A DNA stretch of 64,000 bases from an uncultured Bacilli bacterium (GTDB lineage Bacteria > Bacillota_I > Bacilli_A > RF39 > UBA660). Both the position numbers and the translations under genes were made by a program. Positions within the stretch are counted from its first letter, which is position 1. Every line of letters begins with the position of its first letter. The DNA lies in assembly GCA_934131695.1 (NCBI GenBank), contig CAKOZV010000002.1:5316-69315 (forward strand), in the 5' to 3' direction. The notes beneath the pieces are model-generated. The model worked only from the letters and a program-made list of their open reading frames with translations. It had not been told where the DNA came from and ran no database searches. Positions 18,525 to 26,842 of this stretch are shown piece after piece.

Positions 18525-18601
18525 GGGGCGGCGTATGAGGATCGAACTCATGCATACTGGTGCCACAAACCAGCGTGTTAACCACTTCACCAACGCCGCC
18601 A
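18525..18601 (-). tRNA. tRNA-His (GUG)
   Basis: The reverse complement gives anticodon arm CTGGT-TTGTGGC-ACCAG, an extra 5' G(-1), T-arm GAGTTCGATCCTC and CCA. Confidence 0.9.
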
Positions 18602-18618
18602 TCTCAAGTAACAAGGTT

Positions 18619-18647
18619 ATTTTACCAAAATTAGACACGTCTTGCAA
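18619..18647 (-). promoter_or_regulatory. sigma-A-type promoter of tRNA-His
   Basis: On the minus strand: TTGCAA, 17-nt spacer, TAAAAT with TG upstream. Confidence 0.5.
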
Positions 18648-18683
18648 CCCTTTTTTATCTTTTTTTGAAAATTTTGTCTAATA

Positions 18684-18710
18684 TTAGCACTCTTTCTTGA
18701 CAAGTGCTAA
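18684..18710 (+). promoter_or_regulatory. CIRCE-like operator (HrcA site) overlapping the hsp20 promoter
   Basis: TTAGCACTC-N9-AAGTGCTAA versus consensus TTAGCACTC-N9-GAGTGCTAA. TTGACA (18697-18702) lies inside the element, followed by a 17-nt spacer and TATAAC (18720-18725). Confidence 0.7.
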
Positions 18711-18751
18711 AAATAGTGCTATAACATAATTGTGAAAGGAAAGTGATAATT

Positions 18752-19138
18752 ATGTTACCAAGAAGATTTTATTTTGATAACGCATTAGATGATTTATTTG
18801 AAGAAGAAGGAGCTAAAATGAAGTGTGATATCTATGAAAAAGATAATACTTATCATGTAGATATGGATTTACCTGGCTTTAAAAAAGAAGAAATTAAAGT
18901 AGAATGTAATAAAGGAAATTTAATCGTTAGTGCTGAGAAGAAGCATGAAGAAGAAGAAAAAGATGAAAAGAAAAAATATCTTCGTCGTGAAAGAGTTTAT
19001 GGAAAGTACTCTCGTAGTTTCTATCTAGGTGATGTGGATGAAGAAAATATTGAAGCATCATATAATAATGGTACTTTACATATTGCTGTTCCAAAAATTG
19101 ATGAAAATAAAAACAGAAAACTTATTGATATTAAATAA
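18752..19138 (+). CDS. small heat-shock protein, Hsp20/alpha-crystallin family
   Basis: ATG at 18752 follows AAAGGAAAG. An alpha-crystallin domain is present (DIYEKDNTYHVDMDLPGFKKEEIKV...NGTLHIAVPK). Confidence 0.9.
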   Translation: MLPRRFYFDNALDDLFEEEGAKMKCDIYEKDNTYHVDMDLPGFKKEEIKVECNKGNLIVSAEKKHEEEEKDEKKKYLRRERVYGKYSRSFYLGDVDEENIEASYNNGTLHIAVPKIDENKNRKLIDIK

Positions 19139-19146
19139 TGATAAAA

Positions 19147-19174
19147 GGAGCCAAACGTTTGGTTCCTTTTTTTT
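19147..19174 (+). terminator. bidirectional rho-independent terminator between hsp20 and the alarmone synthetase gene
   Basis: GGAGCCAAAC/GTTTGGTTCC hairpin followed by T8. Confidence 0.7.
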
Positions 19175-19175
19175 G

Positions 19176-19823
19176 CTAAATTATTTCTTGATCTTCAATC
19201 AATGTTTGCATCTTATCATTCATAGCAACCATCTTATGATCTAAATCATTTATATCAAGTGCACACTTATACATATTATTTTGAATTTCTTTAGGAATAT
19301 CACCTTTAAATTTATACCTTATTTTATGATCTAAGCTTGCCCAGAAATCCATAGCAACAGTTCTAATTTGTATTTCTGCTTCTACCATTTCTACTCCATC
19401 AATTAAATAAACAGGAACATAGACAAGTAAATGATAACTAGAATAACCACTATCTTTCGGATTTGAAATATAATCCTTTTTAGTATGAACAGTTATTTGG
19501 TCACTATCTTCTAGTAAATTTACAATTGTATAAACATCTGATAAGAAAGAACAAACAATTCTTATTCCAACTGCATCATGAATATGGTCTTCAATATTAG
19601 CGACAGTTACTTCATAATCTCTACTTTTAAGTTTATTTACAATACTATCATAACTCTTAATTCTGCTTTTAACGTGTTCTACTGGATTATAATGATTTTT
19701 AAATTCAAAGTCTTGTAATAAAATAGCAATTTGTGTCTCAAGAGTTTTTAAAGCAGCATTATATTTAAGTAATAACTCTTCATAGCTTTCCGTTAATTCT
19801 TCCAAAAAATTCCCTCCTAGCAA
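19176..19823 (-). CDS. small alarmone synthetase (RelQ/RelP-type GTP pyrophosphokinase)
   Basis: 215 aa with a RelA/SpoT synthetase core: GIRIVC, GYSSYHLLV, EIQIRTVAMDFWASLDHKIRYK. Confidence 0.85.
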   Translation of the reverse strand: MLGGNFLEELTESYEELLLKYNAALKTLETQIAILLQDFEFKNHYNPVEHVKSRIKSYDSIVNKLKSRDYEVTVANIEDHIHDAVGIRIVCSFLSDVYTIVNLLEDSDQITVHTKKDYISNPKDSGYSSYHLLVYVPVYLIDGVEMVEAEIQIRTVAMDFWASLDHKIRYKFKGDIPKEIQNNMYKCALDINDLDHKMVAMNDKMQTLIEDQEII

Positions 19824-19832
19824 AAAACAGAC

Positions 19833-20273
19833 TTAAGATTCGTCTAAGTCCAACACTTCTATTTCTTCTACTACTGCTAATTGTTGTTCAACAATAATCT
19901 TTAACTTTCTTTTAAATATTTTAATATTTCTTTCTAAGACATCAGCTTGCTGTTCGATTCTTTCCGACCTAATAAGAGCATCATTAACTATTCTAGAAGC
20001 ATTATTTTTAGCATCACTAACTATTACATTAGCTTCTTCTCTAGCAAGATGTTTTATATTATCACTAGTTTTTTCTGCATTAACAATAGATTTATTAATA
20101 CTATCTTCTAAAATTTTATAGCTTTCTAGCTTATCTTTTAAATCTTTAATTTCATCTTTTTGTTCTTGACACTTATTAATAATACCCTCAGTTTCCCTAA
20201 TTACTCTTTCAATAAAAGCATTTACTTCACTTCTATTATAACCATTAGCTTCATAATGAAACTTATCCATCAC
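19833..20273 (-). CDS. divIVA: DivIVA-domain cell-division protein
   Basis: N-terminal GYNRSEVNAFIERV motif followed by coiled coil. It lies directly downstream of sepF. Confidence 0.75.
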   Translation of the reverse strand: MMDKFHYEANGYNRSEVNAFIERVIRETEGIINKCQEQKDEIKDLKDKLESYKILEDSINKSIVNAEKTSDNIKHLAREEANVIVSDAKNNASRIVNDALIRSERIEQQADVLERNIKIFKRKLKIIVEQQLAVVEEIEVLDLDES

Positions 20274-20296
20274 ATATCCCCCTTTCGGGTTAGTTA

Positions 20297-20731
20297 TTAC
20301 CAGTCAAACTCATCGTCTTCTTCTTGTTTAGACTTTTTACCACTTGTTTTAGCTGGTACGTCATCAGTAATTTTACCTTCAACATTTACATTGTTTGGTG
20401 TACAAAGGAAAATTCCCCCACCTAATTTTTGTAAATCTCCACCGATAGCATAAAGAGTACCTGATAAGAAATCTACTATTCTTTTACCTTGATCTGGTGT
20501 TACTCTTTTTAAATTAACTACTACTGCATTTCTATCTTTTAAGTGATCTGCTATTTGTTGTGATTCTGAATAAGCACGTGGTTCAAGTAGCATCATTTTG
20601 CTACCAGCTACCCCATTTTCATCTTCATATTCTTCTCTTGACACTTTGTAATACTCCTCCTCTTTTATATCTTCATTTGTTGCTGTATCATCTTGTCCCA
20701 TTAATTTTTTTAATTTATCGTTGAAAGCCAT
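20297..20731 (-). CDS. sepF: cell division protein SepF
   Basis: C-terminal SepF domain: [27 protein letters not shown]...[22 protein letters not shown]. Confidence 0.9.
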   Translation of the reverse strand: MAFNDKLKKLMGQDDTATNEDIKEEEYYKVSREEYEDENGVAGSKMMLLEPRAYSESQQIADHLKDRNAVVVNLKRVTPDQGKRIVDFLSGTLYAIGGDLQKLGGGIFLCTPNNVNVEGKITDDVPAKTSGKKSKQEEDDEFDW

Positions 20732-20857
20732 ATGCTTAACCTCCTACCTAACTACTATCTATAATAACATATTTTTCTAAAAAGGAAAAGACTTTTTTAA
20801 AACCCTAGCTTGGCTAGACACTTTTATTGTATAATTGGTCTAGAAAGGTGGTTTAAA

Positions 20858-21418
20858 ATGAATATCTTTAACTATTTAGAATATAATTCTTTAATTATTT
20901 TATCTTTCTTCTTTATCTCTTTAATATCTCTTATTTTAAATATATTAACTAAAGGAAAAAGTAATGATTTATTTTTTTCAACTTACCGTAGTAGTTTACT
21001 AAATCCACTTACTTATTTAAGACTAGTTACCCATATCTTTGGACATGCTAACTGGAGTCATTTTACTCATAATTTTCTTTATATCTTACTTATTGGTCCC
21101 ATGATAGAAGAAAAGTATGGTAGTATTAATCTTTTAATAATGATTTTAATAACTGCTACGGTAATTGGTATAGTTAATTCTATTTTTACAAGAAATAAAA
21201 TCTTAGGAGCTAGTGGTATTACTTTTATGTTAATAGTTTTATCATCTTTTGTTAATTTTTCTACTAATAAGATACCACTAACTTTTATTCTTATTGTACT
21301 TTTCTATGTAGTTGATGAGGTAAGACTATTAGGTGCTAAAGACTCCGTATCTCATGGCAGTCATTTTCTTGGTGCCTTATGTGGTTTTATCTTCTCTTAC
21401 ATCTTATTTCCATCTTGA
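20858..21418 (+). CDS. rhomboid-family intramembrane serine protease
   Basis: ATG at 20858 follows GAAAGGTGG. HANWSHFTHN, GASG and a downstream H in TM segments are present. The gene ends in TGA. Confidence 0.75.
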   Translation: MNIFNYLEYNSLIILSFFFISLISLILNILTKGKSNDLFFSTYRSSLLNPLTYLRLVTHIFGHANWSHFTHNFLYILLIGPMIEEKYGSINLLIMILITATVIGIVNSIFTRNKILGASGITFMLIVLSSFVNFSTNKIPLTFILIVLFYVVDEVRLLGAKDSVSHGSHFLGALCGFIFSYILFPS

Positions 21419-23175
21419 TACCAAACACTACTAACATCAACGTTATTAGATAATGGTTCAGGATTTGCTTTTTGAAAATACATACTAATTGGTACTTTAA
21501 AAGCATTTCCAAAGGCAATACAGTTACCTGGTTTTAAGTTTTTAAGTTCTTCTACTATTTCTGCTGATACATTAGGAACCATTTCTTTTATATAATGCAA
21601 GTCTTTGGGATGAAGAGTTCTTAGGACAATAAAGTTAGAACACTGAGAAATAGCTGTATCAGAAAGTTCACTTGGTCGTTGGGTAATAAGTCCTAGTAAA
21701 GCTCCATACTTTCTACCCTCTTTAGTAATTCTATCAAAGATGTTATATCCTAATATTTCTGTATCTGTATCTTTTTGTACATATCTATGAGCTTCTTCAA
21801 TGATAATATGGAAAGGCATACTACCTCGATTAGAATTTTCAACAGTATAATCAAATACTAATTTAGATAAAATCTTAGTAATTACTTTAGCAAGTCTATC
21901 ATCTATATAACTAATATTAAAGTTTACTATTTGACAGTGATTACCATTTATATCAGTAAATAAATCAGTTATATAACTTTCTCTATCTATGTAAGTGGAT
22001 GAGTCAAAGAAGACATGATTAGGACTATTTACCAAACTATGAAGTCTAACACTTAAGACATTAGCATAGTCATAAACTTTATCACTTTTTAAGACTCCTT
22101 CACTAATTAATGCAAAATCCATAGCAGTTTCTAAGTCTTTTAGAGTATAAGCGATGAATTTATCTGTTTGTGGTGCTATTTCTCTATCCTCTAAAATAAA
22201 CTGTTTTACAAAGTTCACTACTAATTCCATTTCTACTAATTTTCCCATTTTATCAATATAAAGACATTGCTTTAAAGTTCTAGTATATCCTGGTTGAACT
22301 ATTAAGCTTTCAAGCGATAGGTCCTTGGTATGGAATTTAGTAAGAACAGCTGTTACTTGGTCTCTTATCTTAGTAGATTGGGCTCCACTTAAAAGGATAT
22401 CTTCCACAGCTCTTGCTATTATATCGTTCTTATATTTTAGAACCATCTCATCTTCACCTGTCAAGATAGGAACTAAGGTTAAGGCTTTTTCAATAATTGG
22501 TAATTGGTTAGTAGATGTTACATCTAAAAGTAAGGCTATATCATCCACTCCAAGTAACCATAACGGTATATTTATAAGATCACTAGATGCATCATTTGTA
22601 TTAGTTGTATAAGTTTTATAATGCATATTAGGATTAACTTTATCTATATCTTTCAAGGCTCTTGTATACTCACCATATGCATCAAACATAACGACATGAG
22701 CACCTACAGGACTAGCTGTTTGACTAGCAAAGATATTTTGAAAAATTCTACTTACGGTAAAACTCTTACCAGCTCCACTATTACCTAAAATAGCAAAATG
22801 ATTACTGAAAAAAGAATTAATATTAACATGAATTGGGTAGTTTTGATATATTGTTGAATATCCAAAAAGTACTTCTCCCTTATCTGGTGTTTGCTTTCCT
22901 AAAATAAGTGCTAACTCATCCATATTAACTATTCTAACACTAGATCTAAAAGATGGTTTACTACTAACTCCGGGAATAAAGGTATTGTTTCTTATTTCTC
23001 CCACAATATTCGCCTTTAAGACTGTTTTGGTAGTACTAACTATTTGTCCTACTACTTTATCATTTCCATCTTCAAATATTACATGTAAATCAACTAAGTT
23101 TGTTTGTTTGGCAAGGTCGATAGCTAAATTAACAAAGACATTATTATCGACTATTTCTTTAATATCACCTAACAT
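21397..23175 (-). CDS. HerA-like (DUF87/FtsK-HerA superfamily) ATPase
   Basis: 592 aa with an N-terminal barrel-like segment, Walker A GNSGAGKSF, Walker B-like HIIIEEAHRY, and LITQRPSELS typical of HerA. The 3' end overlaps the rhomboid gene by 22 nt (convergent). Confidence 0.75.
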   Translation of the reverse strand: MLGDIKEIVDNNVFVNLAIDLAKQTNLVDLHVIFEDGNDKVVGQIVSTTKTVLKANIVGEIRNNTFIPGVSSKPSFRSSVRIVNMDELALILGKQTPDKGEVLFGYSTIYQNYPIHVNINSFFSNHFAILGNSGAGKSFTVSRIFQNIFASQTASPVGAHVVMFDAYGEYTRALKDIDKVNPNMHYKTYTTNTNDASSDLINIPLWLLGVDDIALLLDVTSTNQLPIIEKALTLVPILTGEDEMVLKYKNDIIARAVEDILLSGAQSTKIRDQVTAVLTKFHTKDLSLESLIVQPGYTRTLKQCLYIDKMGKLVEMELVVNFVKQFILEDREIAPQTDKFIAYTLKDLETAMDFALISEGVLKSDKVYDYANVLSVRLHSLVNSPNHVFFDSSTYIDRESYITDLFTDINGNHCQIVNFNISYIDDRLAKVITKILSKLVFDYTVENSNRGSMPFHIIIEEAHRYVQKDTDTEILGYNIFDRITKEGRKYGALLGLITQRPSELSDTAISQCSNFIVLRTLHPKDLHYIKEMVPNVSAEIVEELKNLKPGNCIAFGNAFKVPISMYFQKANPEPLSNNVDVSSVWYQDGNKM

Positions 23176-23202
23176 TTAATCACCCTCTACTCTTATTGTT
23201 AT

Positions 23203-23246
23203 AATAATTGTACCAAATTTCTAACGAAAAGTCATCAAAGTATCAC
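23203..23246 (-). repeat. 44-nt promoter-like repeat, inverted copy (L), upstream of the HerA-like gene
   Basis: The reverse complement GTGATACTTTGATGACTTTTCGTTAGAAATTTGGTACAATTATT matches 25405-25448 at 40/44 positions. Its 24-nt core is identical to 25270-25293. It contains an extended -10 box, TGGTACAAT. Confidence 0.85.
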
Positions 23247-23333
23247 AAAAAAAGACACATGATATGTTAAATAGTTACTCAACCAAAAGAAACTACAATT
23301 TCATGTGTCTTTTATATTATACATCAAATTTTT

Positions 23334-23967
23334 ATGAATACTGAAAAAAATCAGAAAATTTGGATTAATAAAATCCATGAAAACTTAATTTTAAGAGGAA
23401 TGAGTGAAAAAACATTTTTAAATTACAAAAGTTGTTTACTTAGATTTTTTAATTATTATGATGAAAATATTAATATTAAAGCATTAAATGAAAATAAAAT
23501 TATTGAATTTTTTAAAAGTGAAGGAAATTCGAAACACAAATGTTGGTTAATTTTAGCTTTTTTGTTTAGGCTTAAGAGTTGATGAGGTTTCAAGAGTAAA
23601 AGTTGAAAATATTAATTCTAAGGTGCATAAACTAAAGGCCTTGGGCAAAGGTAATAAAGAAAGATATACAATTCTACCAAATATAACTATCAAATTTCTA
23701 AGATTATATTGTAAAGAAAACAATATTAAATCTTGTTATTTATTTCTAAGTACCAGTAATAATGTTGTAATGAATTTTAAAACAATAATTAATTATTTTT
23801 CTGTAATAAAATATGAATATAGTTTAAATAATAATATTTCTTTTCATAGTTTAAGACACTCTTTTGCTACTTATTATTTGATGAATGGTGGAAATCTATT
23901 AACTCTACAATCCATGCTTGGACATAAATCATTAAATTCTACGACTATATATCTTCACATATCATAA
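23334..23967 (+). pseudogene. tyrosine recombinase (phage-integrase family), frameshifted and internally shortened
   Basis: An N-terminal SAM-like segment (23334-23582) runs into TGA TGA. The +1 frame continues as GLRVDEVSRVKVENI...GKGNKERYTILP and the catalytic C-terminus is HSLRHSFATYYL...LGHKSLNSTTIYLH. Total coding length is only about 210 aa. Confidence 0.7.
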
Positions 23968-23995
23968 AATTTTAATAGTTTAGAAGTTGTTAAAT

Positions 23996-24943
23996 ATGTC
24001 TAAGTATACTATTCAAGATATATTCATTACTTATGACGATGAATATATAAAAAAACATAATTTATCAAATGAACAATGAAAAGCTTTTAATGCTATTAAA
24101 AATTGTAGTACTAAAAATCTTGGCTACCATATTTGCACTTGTAATGAATATGGAGAAGAATATTTTGGGTATAATTCTTGTCGTAATCGTCACTGCCCTA
24201 TGTGTCAAGGTTATGCTAGAGAAAAATGGATTCAAAAAGAATCTAGCTATTTATTAGATTCCAAATATTTTCATATTGTAACTACTGTTCCTTATGAAAT
24301 TAATGAAATATTTTTACATAACAAAAAGATTTGTTACAACATTTTATTTGAAGCAACCAGTGAATTTATTTTAGAATTAGGTGAAGATTCTAAATGGTTA
24401 GGTGCAGAAATTGGTATTGCCTCTATTCTTCATACATGAGGACAAACTATGGAGTTTCATCCTCATATTCATTCTATAGTTACTAGAGGTGGTTTAAAAA
24501 ACGATCAATGCTTTTCTTGTGAAAAAGACTATCTATTTAAGGTTCAAGTTTTAGGTTCTTTATTAAGAGGGAAGTTTTTAGCATATCTAAAACACGAATT
24601 TGATAACTTAAATACAAATTTTAATAATTTAAAGTCATTTAATAGATTTCTCGAACCTCTTTATAATAAAACTTGGATAACTTATATAGAGCCACCTAAA
24701 GATAAAACTGAAAATGTAATTGAATATGTTGGAAGATATTCTTTTAGAGTAGCTATTTCTAATGAGAGGATTAAAAACATTGAAAATGGTAATATTACAT
24801 TTGGATATAAAGATTACAAAGATAATTCTAAAATTAAAGAAATGACAATCACTACCGAAGAATTTATTAGAAGATTCCTTTTACATGTTTTACCAGATAG
24901 TTTTACTAAAATTAAACATTATGGATTACTAGTAATAGAATAG
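23996..24943 (+). pseudogene. IS91-family (Y2/HUH rolling-circle) transposase, interrupted by two in-frame TGA codons and decayed at the 3' end
   Basis: A single frame runs from the ATG at 23996 and is interrupted only by TGA at 24077 and 24437. A zinc-binding N-terminus is present (C.TKNLGYHICTC...YNSCRNRHCPMCQ), then FHIVTTVP and ILHT-TGA-GQTMEFHPHIHSIVTRGG (HUH motif). The C-terminus reads HYGLL and then loses frame next to an AATAG duplication. Confidence 0.75.
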
Positions 24944-25269
24944 AAATAAAAAAATAATATTAAATTATGTAGATTACTCATTTCTAAAATTTTATCTAAT
25001 TAATTTATTTCAAGCATATCTAGAAAATTTCATGAATTTAAGTGTGATGGTTCAACTAACTTTAGTTATTCATTCATATATGATATTAATCGACTCTGTA
25101 CCACTTAATTTATTAATATTTAAACTTTCTGGAGTAAACATTCTCATGGGGTAATGGGAAATCTACCCAAAATTAGATAAAAATGCTGTTTTATCAGTTC
25201 AATTTAGCAAAATTACATAGAATTTATTTAAAAATAGAAAAAGAGAAAATCTATTTTCCCCTTATACAT

Positions 25270-25293
25270 TTTTCGTTAGAAATTTGGTACAAT
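25270..25293 (+). repeat. 24-nt core copy (R1) of the promoter-like repeat
   Basis: TTTTCGTTAGAAATTTGGTACAAT is identical to the reverse complement of 23207-23230. Confidence 0.85.
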
Positions 25294-25404
25294 AATTTTA
25301 TAGCATATTTTTCACATGCTCAAAATATGTCATAAAATGCTATACATTATACCATGAGTCTTTTCTTTTTTTATGTATTCCGATAAATTTTTACTCCGGT
25401 TTTG

Positions 25405-25448
25405 GTGATATTTTGATGATTTTTCGTTAGAAATTTGGTATAATTGTT
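25405..25448 (+). repeat. 44-nt promoter-like repeat (R2) immediately upstream of the 253-aa ORF
   Basis: GTGATATTTTGATGATTTTTCGTTAGAAATTTGGTATAATTGTT carries an extended -10 box (TGGTATAAT), then AGGAGG and the ATG at 25464. Confidence 0.85.
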
Positions 25449-25463
25449 GTAGGAGGTTTATTT

Positions 25464-26225
25464 ATGTGTGAAGAAGAATTAGTAGTATTATACGGAAAAG
25501 ATAATTATGCCTATTGTAAGTATGAAACTTTTGCTTTAGGTAGCGATGAAGCAAAAAAAGCACATTATAATATAAGAAAAATTAAGCAAGAAGGGTGTCA
25601 AATAATTAATGTTGAAAGCATAACAGAAGAAGAAATGAAGCTATTTTTAGAAAAAATTGATTCAGAAATTAGATTCTATGAAGCAATGAATACTTTAAAC
25701 GTTAATATGGTAATTAAATCAAGTGATTTATTTAGTGTTTTTGATTTAGTTGGCGATTGTTTTATTGATAATTTAGAATGTTGTGCAATGCCAGAAATAA
25801 GAAAACTATTAAGAAATCCAGATGAGTCAAATAGACTTAATAAAATTAAACAAGTTACATATAGAACTGCTGGTATTCAAGAAATAATACCAACAGGTTA
25901 TATGATTCCAATGATTGCAGTTGGAGATTTCTTTTCATTAGAAGAAGCTGAGAATATTTTTGGTTTAAATTCTATTAATACAAGTAGAGATGGAATACCT
26001 TGTCAATTTGCTTTAAATCCTGTTTCAACAAGCAATTTATTACTTATGAAATCTGCTAAAAATGCAAAAAAATCAGATGCATCAGAAGAGGATAAAGAAA
26101 AATTTGAAAAAGAAAAGAAATTAATGTTTAATGAATATAAAGCAAATTATGAATTAATACAATCGTATAAAAATACAAAAGATCAAGTTCTAGAAATATA
26201 TTTTAAAAATAGTAAAAAAATGTAA
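25464..26225 (+). CDS. hypothetical protein (253 aa)
   Basis: Strong RBS (AGGAGG, 8-nt spacing) and a promoter-like repeat upstream. No recognisable motif. Confidence 0.6.
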   Translation: MCEEELVVLYGKDNYAYCKYETFALGSDEAKKAHYNIRKIKQEGCQIINVESITEEEMKLFLEKIDSEIRFYEAMNTLNVNMVIKSSDLFSVFDLVGDCFIDNLECCAMPEIRKLLRNPDESNRLNKIKQVTYRTAGIQEIIPTGYMIPMIAVGDFFSLEEAENIFGLNSINTSRDGIPCQFALNPVSTSNLLLMKSAKNAKKSDASEEDKEKFEKEKKLMFNEYKANYELIQSYKNTKDQVLEIYFKNSKKM

Positions 26226-26257
26226 AATTAATAAATAAATGGAGGATAAGATTTATT

Positions 26258-26573
26258 ATGAATGAAGAAATAGAATATGGGAAAAAATCTTGTATAATTT
26301 ACTTGGAGGAGATATAAATGATAATTCTAACAAGAATGCAGAATTTGATTATAAATTAAAATCTGATCTTATGGGATTAATAAGAGATTTGATATTGCTC
26401 TTGGTGTTTTATAATTATTTAACCACAATCCAAAAATGTCTTTTGATAGTTTTGAACAATATTTAACTGAAAAACATGGTGAAGAAACCGCCAAGAAAAT
26501 GATGGATATGATTACCGATGATTTAAAATATGTAGGACAAATTGTGGATGCATTAAAGTATAATAAGGGATAA
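26258..26573 (+). pseudogene. frameshifted remnant of an unknown gene
   Basis: ATG at 26258 follows GGAGGA. Coding-like sequence continues in three different frames (MNEEIEYGKK.. / ..LLGGDINDNSNKNAEFDYKLKSDLMGLIRD.. / ..SFDSFEQYLTEKHGEETAKKMMDMITDDLKYVGQIVDALKYNKG). Confidence 0.35.
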
Positions 26574-26842
26574 TCTGATATTGATTATGCAAAAAACACT
26601 CCAACGCATAAAACAGTATAATAAACAAAGATGATGACTTATAATGATAAGCTATCGTCTTTTTCTTTGCTTTTTTAGTATTATAAGATTCTTCAGCAGC
26701 TTCGTCCAGATCATCATTAAGATTATGAGTTGCTTTTCAATTTCTTTTTTATTAAGTTATGTTAAACTTTATGACTGATAAGAAAAAAGGTATGCTATAC
26801 ATGGTGCCATAAAACTTTAATTAAGAAAGAAAAAAATCAAAA

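Larger units (their letters stand above)
23334..25100 (+). mobile_element. remnant of an integrase-associated IS91-like element
   Basis: Adjacent recombinase and IS91-like transposase pseudogenes followed by non-coding AT-rich DNA. Outer limits may be the inverted 24-nt cores at 23207-23230 and 25270-25293. Confidence 0.6.

Noticed and set aside
12268-21418. Possibility that the host itself reads TGA as Trp (code 4), suggested by the TGA codons in the transposase
   Set aside because: Host genes of normal length end at TGA (a TGA at 12268 immediately followed by a second in-frame TGA, and the rhomboid stop at 21416). All long conserved genes (htpG, recG, copA, sigG) are intact under the standard code using TGG for Trp.
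24069-24257. 62-aa ORF inside the IS91-like region
   Set aside because: It is in the wrong frame relative to the recognisable transposase frame (23996-24943). The sequence is hydrophobic nonsense.
23203-25293. Invertible promoter switch (phase variation) driven by the internal tyrosine recombinase and the flanking inverted repeats
   Set aside because: The recombinase is frameshifted and shortened. Both repeat copies face outward as promoters, so inversion would not change which genes are driven.
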